Source: Azolla caroliniana (lineage: Eukaryota; Plantae; Polypodiophyta). From it: a stretch of DNA of 64,000 nt. Both the position numbers and the translations under genes were made by a program. Positions 40,941 through 53,286 of this stretch are shown piece by piece. Every line of letters starts with the position of its first letter. The stretch's first letter is position 1. Location: positions 310,001 to 374,000 of the forward strand of contig JBHGNT010000012.1 of the NCBI GenBank assembly GCA_043228905.1, read 5' to 3'. The notes beneath the pieces are model-generated. The model did not search any database. It was given only the letters and a program-made list of their open reading frames with translations, and was not told where the DNA came from.

Positions 40941-41363
40941 TGTCAGGAATAGTACTAAAGTAGAGATGGAATTAGTACTAAGAAGAGAAGTACTATTAGT
41001 ACTAAGAGGATGGGATTGCGTAAGATTCCCGAGAGAGGAAGTGAGAAGAGGAGAGAGAGAGAAAGATGATGACAGCAGCTAATATATTATGTGAAATGAT
41101 AAGTACAAAGCGGCTGAGAGGCTTAAGACTGGCGTTGAACCAATTTGGTTCAACATAATGCCTAGTGCCTTCTTTTATAGTGTTGTAAGGAGTAATCCTG
41201 AAACTTCTAGAATGTTCCAGAGAAATCTGGAATATACATTACTTTCTTATAATAAAACATAAATGAAAATAATATCCCATGAATTACAATAGATGGTGTG
41301 ATGGTTAAGAGCTCGACCCATATATCATAAGGTCATGGGTTCGAGTCTTGCCATATCATGACA
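40941..41363 (-). repeat. 5' LTR of the chromovirus
   Basis: Minus-strand TATAAAA at 41173-41179 and a palindrome at 41134-41154. Confidence 0.96.
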
Positions 41364-44347
41364 CCACGTAATGAAGACAAGAATTGTTGTTTGTCCTCAT
41401 TTGAGAGAAAGTGAAACCGATCCCAATCAACCACACTTGTAGCTGGTCTCAAGTCCATTTTCCCCCACGATAAATGCGGCCTCATACCTAAAACACGACT
41501 AGAGTTATCAATAAACAAAGGATTCCATAGCAATGATTGCCTTAGAAACTGGGCTTCTGTTGATGGCAGTTGAAATAGAAGAGCCTCACTAATGTCCTTC
41601 CATGCCCTCAAAATACATGTAAAATATCTCCTAGAACCAACATTTTGAGCCTTAATTGGAAATTCAAAATTGAACAACCATCTAAAACTATCATGCCACT
41701 GTCCTCCTATGGTAGGCTTAATGTTGCTAAGATACAACAACCATAACTTTTTCCACAACTCATCCCCAAGCATAAATCCTCTCACAACATGCTTTGCAAG
41801 AAGAGCCTTACTTTGGAGCATAGGATCTATTAAGTCCAATCCTCCTTCACTTATTGGCCAGATTAAAACTGACCAAGCAACTTTTGCAACAGCCCTTGAT
41901 CTCCGCGAAGCACCCCAAATAAAATTACGAACTAAACGTTGTAATTTTAATATAATAGAACGTGAAAATAATCAAGTTGATGCAACATACCACATTGATG
42001 CGAGCAAAACCGAGTTTGCCACAACTACCCGTCCCGGTAAAGAAAAATGAGTTGTATCCCAATACAACAATTTATTTCTAACCCGTAACAAAAGGGGTGT
42101 TACCATATCTTCTGCTGACAATTCTAGCCCCACTTGACAACCCAAATACCTTACTGCTTTACCTCGAGGTACCCAAATAAAACCTGCGGTTGGCACATCT
42201 TGTGGAGGAGAGGAAGACGCGACCCAAAATACCATGGACTTGTCCCAATTAATCAAAGCTCCTGAAGCATCACAAAAATCTATTACCGCTTGTTGAAGAT
42301 TCAACAAGTTCTCCTTTTCTGCAAAAACATATAAAGCGGTATCATCAGCAAATTCTGAATCAACAATCATAGCTGCATATCCCTGTATAGGTAAGGTTAT
42401 AACATGAATATTGACACTCCTACTCCTAAGGTAATAAGAAAAAGCTTCAGAGACTAAAATAAATAAAAAGGGAGCCAACGGACACCCTTGTCTTACTGAT
42501 CGCGAAATTGTAAATCTACAGCCAACATCACCTGCAAACAAAAGAAAACTACGATCAGTCCTATACAAAGTTGTGATAGCCCTAATCCATTGCATTGGAA
42601 AGCCCATTCGCATTAATATCCCTTCCATGAAATCCCAATTCACTTTGTCATAAGCCTTCTCGAATCTAAAAACAAAATAGCCAATTCCTGTTGTTGTTGC
42701 TTTGCAATAACCACCATTTCCCAAAACAGAAAAATGTTATAAAAAATACTTCTCTGTTGAACAAAACCCGTATGCGAATCATGAATTAGTTGAGGTAAAA
42801 AAGTTTGCACTCTCCTTGCTATTTTTTTAGCTAAAAACTTATATACAACATTAAGTAGTGTTATAGGCCTCCATTTTCGAATATCATCCAAAGGGCCATC
42901 CCCCTTCGGAATCAAATATATTAGGCCTTCTGTCCATTCGTGAGGAATATAACCATGATCAAGAATTTGTTGGTAGGAAGAAATCAAAACATTACCTATC
43001 ATATCCCAATACTCTATATACCATGAAACTCCCATCCCATCAACACCTGGACAAACATCCTTACCTAAAGCCTTTGTTGCTAATAAAACTTCAGAAGGTT
43101 GCAATGGAGCAAGCAAAGCAATTTGCATTTCAAGTGAAACTCGATTAGAGACCGAAGCCCACACAACATCTCTTTTAATCAAATTATTTCTTGAAATTGG
43201 AGCTGCTGTCAAAAAATGACTATAAAAAGTTGATGTTATGTCCCTCATCTCTACCACATCCGACGTAAAAGATCCATCAACTCGTCTCATACTTGTCGGT
43301 TGAGACTTATGTGATTTAATACGATGAGGTTGAAAAAATTCTTTACAAACCGTATCAGTCTGTCTAATCTATCTTGCAAAGGATTTCTGATACCAAATAT
43401 CTGACTTCTACAATTGTATATCAGTAATCATTTTCCTAACGTCAATAATTCTCGTGGCTAAATCTACCGACCTAGGCCACCTTTGTTGCAAATGTTGTAG
43501 TGCTATCAAAGCTCGGTTATATTTTCCAATCTTGGAATCATAATCAAGGTACAAAGCTTTCACTTTACTTTGAAAAAAATCTTGAATTTCCTTCAACACA
43601 TGAACCACATTAATCAAGATAACATCCACATCATAATGATAACGAGACCAAACACTTTGAACAAAATCTTTACAATCTTCTCTAAGAAAAACGGAGTTAG
43701 GGATTCTAAATCTATTAGCCCTTTTTGTCGATGATAAAAATAATTTTAACTTAACAGGTGAATGATTAGAAAAAGAAAAACCAAGTATAATTCCTAATTG
43801 ACCACCTCTAGTCCACATAAAAGCATCCCCATAAAACCTATCCAAACTAGAAAGGTTGACACCTACCAATCTCCTATCAGATCTTGAAAAAGATAAGCAT
43901 TCCAGTAATCTATTAAAGGATTGCACTGACCAAAGATCAACCAACCGTAGTGATATACATAGTCTTTCCCACTCCCTAAATTTTGATCCAGAGATAATGT
44001 GCAAACTACCACCTTGCCTGTCTTGCACATCCTCTAACATATTAAAATCCCCAACTAATGCCCAATGGTCAATTTGAGATATTTGTAATAAAATTTCAGT
44101 CCAAAAATGAGACCTCACTGCTTCTTAATTTGGCGCATAAAGATTAAGCAAACCCCACTTAATCTCACCTATTTGAAAAGCAACATATTGTGCTCTTTTA
44201 ATTGGTAGTGATCCTAACAAACTTGCATGTGAAGCCCAAACATGTGACGCAATACATAAACCCCCCTGAGTATCATTTGGTCCAAAAGCCGGCAACTAGA
44301 AGTGTTGCCACCTCCCAGGGAGAAGGTTCCCATATCTTAAGAGACGT

Positions 44348-44835
44348 TGTCGTAGTGTATTTTGTACACTACATAAAAAACGTATATAGTACTAGATTCA
44401 ATAAATATGAAGAAATAGAAGAAAATATAAAAATATATATTACATGCATAGGGGAAGATTCAAACCTTGTACCTCCATGTTACTAATTTAAAGCCTTACC
44501 ATTACACTAACACATCATGAGTGTTAAAAAAAAGTAGATATCCCACATCGAAAGGTTACTTCGCATATTTTCTAGGAAAAAGCTTTAGTTAGAAGAAAAA
44601 CTCATGATAGAAAAACAACTACACATGCACATCTAGTGTGCATGAACACTTTAGAAAAGCATGATGTTATAATGTTTTGCCTCTTCTATCACTATATAAG
44701 GAAAAGAGAAATACGTATATGGGGTTGATATTCCTTACAATATTTTAGGAGGAGATATTCCTACCTTCATCACTATTCAAAGTATTGTACGGATTACAAT
44801 CAAACAAAACTATCGAATTGATCGGTGAGTTAAAA
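44348..44835 (+). repeat. Truncated LTR related to family C
   Basis: Starts TGTCGTAGTGTATTTTGTACACTAC, close to the reverse complement of the 25610 end, and shares the tRNA-like motif. Confidence 0.75.
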
Positions 44836-45799
44836 TGTTTAAAAATATGCTTAGCTGCTACTGGAGTCCAATCGAATCTCCCCACCTTAGAAGTTGATTT
44901 AGAGGCCTCCTGTGATCAAAAACGTTTCCGAGGACAATCCTTCCCAAATGCCTACATATAAAAGATTGGTCTCGAAGCCCTTGATACATAATCCTTTGGG
45001 GCAACGGCTCTTTATTTTCTTGCAAATTTGGCAACAAAACTGAAGATGGTAAAATGTTATTCTTGGGTGCCAAAATCCTCACAACTGGTGCTCCTCGTAT
45101 ACGAACATCCTCCTGTGAAGCCTCATCTTTAATCGTTATTACAATACCTAAAAGAGAGCCTATTTGGTCTAATACTTGATGTCATTCTTTCTTTAATCCC
45201 GGAAAAACGGCTATAAATATCATTTGGGCTTCTTTGTGTTGCAAAATCTCGTTTGCAACCACATTATGAGTCCACTTGTGAAAAGATATCCAACTGCCCT
45301 ACAATGTTGTATGTTTTATCTTCAACAAACGATCAACTGACGAAGGATCTGTAAACTCCAAATGATAGCATCCTTTCCCCATGAATTGGATGTCCACAAT
45401 AGTACTAATTTCTTCTAGGAGGGATGCGTACAACATTCGATGCAAGTCAGGCCTATTCGGCCTTGATCCTTCCATATGCGCCACTAGAGAGACCACCTCT
45501 AGCCGCTGTATTTCTGCCAACACAATGGTCCTATCATAATCTGACAAGGAGAGTGAGACGACCTTACCTGAGATATGGGGAGAGTTAGAAAGCAGATCGA
45601 GGGGAGCTGCACCGGAACCCCCTCTATGCATCAGGTATCCGTCGTTATTCAGCCATTGCTCCTCGCTCTGTTCGTTTGTGCACATTTTTTGGACTTCTCC
45701 TAGTTTCTTGCCACGACAATGTTTCTTATAGAGAAAATAAGGCATTGACTATTAATACAGAACCTTTACAAATTAAAAAGTCATTATTATAAAAACGAA

Positions 45800-46834
45800 T
45801 CCTAACCCAATCCTTGAATGCAATGAATTACTCAGATAATGCCTTATATGAAGACGTCAGAGGATAATCCTCAATCACTTGTTCCCAAGCTATACATCTA
45901 AGTTGTTTCATCATAACTTCTTGGATCTTCATATATACCTTATGATTGCAAAATCACCAATAGAGATTAGAACTTTATATAAAACCATAATTGTTACATT
46001 TAACTATATGAAAAGACTTGTTGAACTCAGTGACCATCTCCTCTGGGCTCAATTCTTTGGCCACAACCCTTGACAATACTGACACCAATAGATGCTCATC
46101 CTTTATGCCTTGCATTGTTCTCCACAGAGAAAACTTCATGTCATTGGCTATTTCTTCAATTGTGAGGTCTATTTTCTTTGTCGTTGTTGATTTCAACTCG
46201 AGTTGGGGATCTACTCTACATTTAACTATTGTTGTGGTCCAAGGCGAAGAGTTTGCCTCTTCAGTTGTGAGGCCCACATATATTTTATACTAGTCTCGGC
46301 ATACTTGAAGAAAAAAGTGGTTGGGTGTTCTCTTACAAGTTGTCATCGTGCTTCAACAAAATGTGACCCACCAATTACAAAGTAATTGTATTGGCCGTGC
46401 TTTCTCACATCAAAAAACTCAATTGAAGCACATTCGTCAGGATCCACCATTACGATAAATGGTACAATTGTGGCATGTGAATTTATTTTCATTTTCTTCT
46501 TGAGATTTTGAACATGCATTCTATGTGTCTCTCTAATCTCAAGTGGTCTTCGTCCTATATTAACATCTACTGGTGGCCTATGAATGTGTGTTATAGGAAA
46601 ATTGAAGACTTGACCTTTTCTTACCGGTTTCTTTTGCATTATCTCTTTTCGAATCTTGTTCTGCTCAGAAAACAAAACACCAGATGCTAGCTCAGCACCT
46701 GGTGTGGCCCGAGTTTCCTCATCATCTGTTGAACTTGATGATTCAGACTCTGACATCTTTGAGACCTTTTTCTTCGCCGGTCTCGATTGCATCTTTGAGA
46801 CCTTTTGTGGGGCCTTCATTGGAGATGGCGACAC
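45800..46834 (-). pseudogene. ParB/Srx-like N-terminal domain protein, decayed
   Basis: RETHRMHVQNLKKKM..VPFIVMV..YFVIGGSHFVEAR*QL..KIYVGLTTEEA..A.DHN resembles the ParB-N pattern. Helical segments follow, with a probable intron at ~45940-46018. Confidence 0.6.
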
Positions 46835-47090
46835 ATTCCTCAGAGTTATGTGGCCTTGAATATATGGTCTTAATGTTGTTATAAGATTTTTTTAAGTCTC
46901 GATGGCGACTTTAAAATATTCGGGAGCACATGAATCTTTAACAAGTCGATCTTCCGACAAAAACATTTTTTGGACTCCCTTTGAACAGTCTACTAATATT
47001 ATTAGATTGAGGGAGTCGAGGTCTTTGTAGTCAAAGCATAACATTCGGCCATATCTTTGTTTATTGTATATTACGTTGAGGGAGCTTATG

Positions 47091-47178
47091 TACTTATCAT
47101 TTGTTTCAAGTACTTATCATTAGTACTTATCATTTGTTTCAAGTACTTATCATTAGTACTTATCATTTGTTTCAAGTT
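47091..47178. repeat. 33-bp tandem repeat, about 2.7 copies
   Basis: TACTTATCATTTGTTTCAAGTACTTATCATTAG repeated between the two divergent ORFs. Confidence 0.9.
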
Positions 47179-47299
47179 ATTATATTAGTCAAAGCACATT
47201 ATTTAGAGACCTTTGTTTGGATCTTAAGCAATGAGTGAAAACTCACCGTTTTCAGTTGAATAGTATTGTTTGTCAGCAGAATCATAATTTTTTGTCGAA

Positions 47300-50151
47300 G
47301 AATATTGCGTGAGCTCATCTTCTCCTATACCTCCTGTGAATAATGACTCATGTGAAGAGTTCTCAGTTCAAGAATATGACTACAATAAAGATACATACAA
47401 TGAAGGTAATGCCAATGAAACATCGGAGATCATGGGGGGTCAAGCTAACAACAACATAATTGTCTCTAATGTGGTTACACCTCAGGAGAATCCCACGTAG
47501 AATACGTCGAGCAAGATTTAACTTGGTGAGATCAGATAAGCAACTTGGATTTAATGTCAGCAAAAGATGTTGTGCCCATGGATGTATGTATATGATTAGA
47601 AAGGAAAAGTTGCGTGAATTAAGGCATTACTATTTTTCGATGACTAGTGATGAGCAAGACACTTACCTCGGCTCACATATGCAATTGGTGTTTGACAAAT
47701 CTTCAGCGATCAAAGTATCATTCAAGTATTATATTCTTCATGCGCAACAATGATGTAGAGTGGCATTCAAATTTGCGTTATGTGTTAGTAACATGCGGCT
47801 ACATAGAGTACAACAACGTCTTCTTAGTGGGGATCTCACTATCAATTGCAAAGATGTTCCAAGTATGAAAGGTGCAATTGGAAGACATGTTATTGGTTGA
47901 ATGAGAATTTACTACAAGCTAAATTGTGAAGTAATGCCTACTACAAGCAGGATGCACCTCTCTGATAATTACACACGTCGGAAAGTTTATGATGTCTATC
48001 GATCAGAAATGCTATTATCAAGTGATAAATACGTCACATACAACCAGTTCACAAGATTGTGGAGAACATGGTTTACCAATGTTATTATTCCGCGGGAAGT
48101 ATGCATGCGGTTTTGTTCGATTTGTGCAAACCTTAAAAGCATAGATTGACACATGCGTGATGTTCGTAATATTCTCCATGCGCAATATTCTAAATATTCG
48201 AGAATACGAAATGGCCCCAAGAATATTAAAAAACCATTCGTTTTGCAAAATAAATATAAAAATTTTATTTATTTATTTAAATAAATTTATTTCACCAAAA
48301 AAAGAACAATTATTCATTAATAGATTATAGTGTCAAGAGAGTTTATGAAACTTATTTTAATTAATCAATTAATTAATTAACTTTTTAAAAACGAATATAT
48401 TTATATTTATTATACAAATATGATTAGTATAAACTTTGAAGATATGATTAGTTTGAAGTACTATTTTTAATGTCAAAATAAAAATATCCATAAATTTTGA
48501 GGGAATAAAGACATTAATGAGCCTTTATTTTATTTTATTTATTTATTAAAAATAAAATGAATACTTATAACTTATAAGTTATACGTTTATTATAAAATTT
48601 TAGTAGTGTCAAGTCCCCAAGTCCCTTTTTATTATCCCTATTTATTATCAAGTTCTTTTTTTTCTATCCTAGGAAATTAAAAAAGACAAAGTTCTCTTCT
48701 TCTTTTTTTGGGTTAAACGAATACTTGACCACCCATTCGTATTCATATTCATTTGCATTCGAATGGGAAATCCGACAAATGCAAATATGTCAATCTATGC
48801 TTAAAAGTATGGCTAAAGGTGTGAAGACAACAATGGAAAAGGATATGAGTAAGAAGTTACTACAAGAGCATCATGAAGCACAATCGTTAGAACGAAAGAA
48901 GGTGATGTGAAGCACAATGTATGTTTAGCACATTCTTTAGATAGGTGTCTCGACATGATGCTTTCACATTACCGAAACTATTGATGTCATTTGTGATGCA
49001 TACTCACCACGACCAAAAGTGTTACACTAGAAGGAGATATATGATATATATATCAGATGGGGGGGATGGGAATGATAAAGTGCTCACCTTGTTAAACAAT
49101 ATAAGCTTCAATCACATATTTTTTATAAAGAAAAATGATACAATTAGTTCTACGCTTTTGTATGCCAAGCAATATTCATCTTCAACAAAATGGGAACTTG
49201 AAGGCGATTGCCAATTCTTACTTTGTATGCCGAGTACAATAGTCTATGGAGCTAAACAAATGCCAATTGAGACAAAAGGACAGTTGCATAGTGAGTTAGT
49301 AGAAGAATAAAAATACTTATGGCTCCAAGCCTTAATAGAAAAAAGGAAGCATATTGAGGCCGCAAAGAAATATGTCACACAACAAGACACATCATGGTGG
49401 AATGTGTTTTTTAGTGATCAGAAAGGAATTATTGACAAATGTGTATCTGATGATAATTCGACTTTGGAAATGTCATTCACATGGTCGCTACAACATGATC
49501 GTGAAAATAAATCTCCGGAGCAAACAACTAATGCGATTAATGACAGTTTGGTCCATCCACAACAAAGAGACATTTATGTGGGACCAAGGATGACCAAAGC
49601 AGCTGAAGCTAGATGGCAAGGCAATTTGCAAGAGCTCGCGATGGGGAGGTTGATTGCAACACCTACTGATGACAACGAACAATGCCACCAATTTTGGATC
49701 GGTTAGGATTCTAGAAGTGTTGATGCATGAAATAGAAAACACGATCAAGTCTGTAAAAGTGCATTGGTACAACACTAGAAGCCAAAATGCTTTTACGGGT
49801 AAGGGTAAGTATACATCGAAGATGATGGAATGCCCGACAACAAGGGGAAATAGGAAAAGGAAGTGAAACATTCGTAACACCTCAACCCTTGATATCTCTG
49901 ATGTGGTTATCATCGTGTACGACTTCACACTTACAAAAGTTGGACGTTTAAGGAAGTCAACAATAGATATAATAAAAGAAAAATTACTAGGTCTAGAAGG
50001 TGGCTCAAGTCGAAGGCGAACGAGATCTGCTGGACATAATCTAGAGTCACACTATTTGGTTTATGAGGAAGATAATGCATTGATTGTTACATCCGAGGAT
50101 GATGAGGAGGAATCTTCATTGTATATTAGCTATAGTAATGATTCTCCGTAA
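47300..50151 (+). pseudogene. Sola/DUF7869-like DNA transposase remnant, catalytic core largely deleted
   Basis: CCAHGC..R..EQD.YL; MP...MHL..TRRKVYDVY..FTRLW..FTNVIIP; CSICANLK..LQEHHEAQSLER; C-terminal FWIG..VKVHWY..FTLTKVGRL. The superfamily name is inferred. Confidence 0.6.
48140..48799. mobile_element. hAT-type MITE (660 bp) inside the transposase
   Basis: Perfect 12-bp TIR CATAGATTGACA and exact 8-bp TSD CTTAAAAG. Excision restores the reading CANLKSMAKG. Confidence 0.93.
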
Positions 50152-50334
50152 AGGAGTGATCATGAATGTATTTTTGGCTATTAAGTGTAACTACCTTTCG
50201 CTTGTAACAAATCGAGTAATATAAAAGTTGGTGTTTTGAATTCTTTTGATTCCTATGAATATCGTTTATTATAAAACACATTGGTTGTAAAGTTTGTGAT
50301 ATAAATTGAGAATGTAACTTTTTGAAATTCCTCT

Positions 50335-51200
50335 TCTTTTTTTTAAATCACAAAAATGGTGGATTTTTAACCATTTTCATAGTATATTTGAGAATGTATG
50401 ATATTAGTATCAATGTGTTTTGTAATATCACTAAAAAAGTACTAAAATCAAACGGAATATTCCTTATCATTCCATTTATGCATATGATCCTTCCACTTGT
50501 GAACATGAACGTGTTAGTGAAAGACCACCTAATATCATGGAGTAGGTAGATCTCTAACACCCTCAATGAAAACCCATTTATAAGGTAACAAAACACTACC
50601 AATTAACGATGCCCAAATTTGTACTATGACAAACCAAATGGCTTTAGCAATTAAGCATGTAATGAACACATGTCTACCATCTTCCTCAATCACAAAACAT
50701 AACAAATATGTCTTCATTTTAAAGCTATCATCAAAGGCAACCTGGAAACGATCTAAGCCCAAGGAACACCTTTGCATGAAATGGAATATGAGAATGTCCA
50801 TACAAACCAAATGGCTTTAGCAACTAGGCATGCAATGAACATGTGTCTGCCATCTTCCTTAATCACCATACATTAGAAATATGTCGTCATTTTAAAGCTA
50901 TCACCAAAGGCAACCTACAAATGTTTTCAGCCAGCATGAAATGGAATTCGAGAATGCACGTCCTGCATCTAAAACTCGATACCACCATTTTACACATCAA
51001 TGTGTCATGTATCCAAAATCCTATTCTTTAACCAAGCTCTGCTTTCAACGAACTTATGGTATACGTCATTAGAGTACACCACAAATATGGATTTTTCACT
51101 ACCAAATGATCAATATTTACATTATTCCTCAACCACCAACTCTAGAATTGAAAATAATAGGCAATACCAATATTTATTGTCAAATATTACTATATCTATG
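50335..51200 (-). pseudogene. LINE 3' fragment (zf-RVT) with an internal ~173-bp duplication
   Basis: C..EEDGRHVFITCLIAKAIW motif. 50630-50800 is repeated from ~50803. An A-run lies at ~50337-50344. Confidence 0.7.
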
Positions 51201-51660
51201 TGGCATATGAAACCTACTTCATAGTGTATTAAAGAATATCATTTTCCTACTTTAATCTAATATAACATCTTCCATAGTTTACCAAGCCAAGATGTGCCAT
51301 TTGATTGAACTTTGACCTGAGATTTCTTTTCCATCCCATTGTTATATTCTTGTGGCTACCATCACCCCTATTGTCAAAGAATTATTAACTTTCCTACACT
51401 TAGGGGATCCTCAATTGAACAATGTCAAATAGTATTGCCAAGAAAGCATTAATTTTTGAACCATAATAGATTTTGAATAATAAAGTATCATAGCATTATT
51501 ACCAACATGCCACCACGAAGCTATCATTTTCTTTTCCCATGGTATTCTCCTCTCCTTCTCTCCATATCTATCTATCTATCTATCCTACACAAACACACAT
51601 ATGCTAGTAATGCTTGACATTGATCTTCAGAAAGAATTGGTTACTTGGTGAGTCGGTAGG

Positions 51661-52098
51661 TAACAATCGGCAATGGTTTGGTTTGAACAGAACCGGACCG
51701 CGAAACCGTAGCTTAACAGTTCAGTTCGGGTTTAGGTTTTTATTAACAGTTCAGTTCAGTTTAAACAGTTTAATGGTTCTTTCTTTTTTTAATTTCTAAA
51801 AATTTCTATAAAATTTTAAAATTTGTTTTTAAACAATCTTTTCATTTTTTGACCTTATTCTCACATTTTAGGAACATCTTTAAAAAAATTAAAAAAATTA
51901 AAAATTAAAAATTTGACCTATGTTGAAAACCAAAACCAATCCACGAAACCGTGGTTTTTACATTTACGGTTTAATGGTTTAACGGTTTGAAAAATGTTTA
52001 CCAGTTCGGTTTAACGGTTTCGTGGTTTGGTTCAGGTTTCAAAAAATTTAAACGATTTGGAACCTCTCAAACTGAACCAAACCGTTGCCCGATTGTTA
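51661..52098. mobile_element. hAT-type MITE (438 bp)
   Basis: TIR TAACAATCGG(G)CAAYGGTTTGGTT, degenerate 8-bp TSD TCGGTAGG/TCAATAGG, and AACCG repeats as in the 34825 MITE. Confidence 0.85.
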
Positions 52099-52582
52099 TC
52101 AATAGGATCACATTGTTAACAAAGTGGTGTAGTATAGTGATGGCCAAGGTGATCCATTGGCCACGCTCCTTTTTTCATTCTTTCCACATCAATGTAAAGT
52201 GTGTCATTCAACGTAAAATGCTCAAGAAATTGGTCATAGAAATGTTTGTGATTAAAATGTTAAACGAATTAGGTCTTCACATCTGGTCGAAGACATTGGT
52301 GGAGAAAAAGATAGGTGTAGGGGTGAGTCATCAATAAGCATTTTCTAAGGTCGATGAAACACCATGCACTAGAGGTGAGGTGCTTATGGGGTTTGTGCGG
52401 TGTCATGTTGTGGGAAGTGCACATGAGGAAACAAGTTTATATATATATATTATATGTAAGATGAATTTAAAAGCAACAAAAGTACTTAGCTCAATCGTCA
52501 AAAAACGTATGTTATGAATGAAAAGCCGGGGGTTTAAATCTCATAACAAATGATGAAGGGACAAAGGTGATCTATAATAAAT

Positions 52583-52845
52583 TGTTGAAGACAATGCTCG
52601 GTCACAACCGAGGAATAGGATTAACTCACAGAAAACAGGAAATACAAAATGCACGAAGACAATAGAGAGAAGGGTACACTGGATGTTTTACGTGGAAAAC
52701 CCTAAATGGGAAAAACCACGGGAGTCCTCAAACTCCAACTATCACTACAAACAGAGATGTACAATGGTGAAGTTACAAGGCAACAACCTTGAGCTCACTA
52801 TCTTCGCCACAGGCGGCGGTAATACACAGAGGCAGCGACCTCTTC

Positions 52846-52880
<35 letters not shown>

Positions 52881-53286
52881 CTGCTCTCTTCACTCCCTCT
52901 AAGTGAAAACAGAAAAATGAGCAACAACACAAAACTGTTTGCCCTAAGTCATATTTATACACATATGACTTTCGGGCTATTTACAAATATAGCCTCAAGG
53001 GCCCTTGGCAAACATATTCACAAATATGTCCCCGCATCCGGATCTCTCTCCGGGTACATTCGTCATCCGGCTCCGTAGCCGGGGTCTTCATCATCCGGCT
53101 CCGTAGCCGGGGTCTTCATCATCCGAATCCGTAGCCGGGGTCTTCATCATCCGAATCCGTAGCCGGGGTCTTCATCATCCGGCTCCGTAGCCGGGGTCTT
53201 CATCATCCGGCTCCGTAGCCGGGGTCTTCATCATCCGGATTCCCGGACATCCGACCATCCCATCCGGAGGGACCGTAATCCCAACA
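52583..53286 (-). mobile_element. Copia-type solo LTR (704 bp) with a 28-bp tandem array
   Basis: TGTTG...CAACA termini and exact TSD TAAAT. The GTTTTACGTGGAAA motif is shared with the Copia LTR at ~17080. About six copies of CCGGCTCCGTAGCCGGGGTCTTCATCAT at 53067-53240. Confidence 0.92.

Larger units (their letters stand above)
35737..41363 (-). mobile_element. Complete chromovirus Gypsy (Tcn1-like), 5627 bp
   Basis: Two 423-bp LTRs with about 8 substitutions counted by eye, TSD CCACG, PPT TTTAAGGGGGAAATAG, and gag-PR-RT-RH-INT-chromodomain. Confidence 0.96.
33700..45745 (-). mobile_element. L1-clade LINE, near full length, with three nested insertions
   Basis: ORF1 at 44858-45745 (DUF4283-like, degenerate knuckle). 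EN with WALVGDFN and LDRFY. RT with WRPITLLN, SVRQGCPLAPFLF and EFADDT. zf-RVT/C-terminus at 33989-34790. The ends are approximate. Confidence 0.9.

Noticed and set aside
53060-53240. 28-bp repeats of CRISPR-like length
   Set aside because: They are head-to-tail without spacers, inside a solo LTR.
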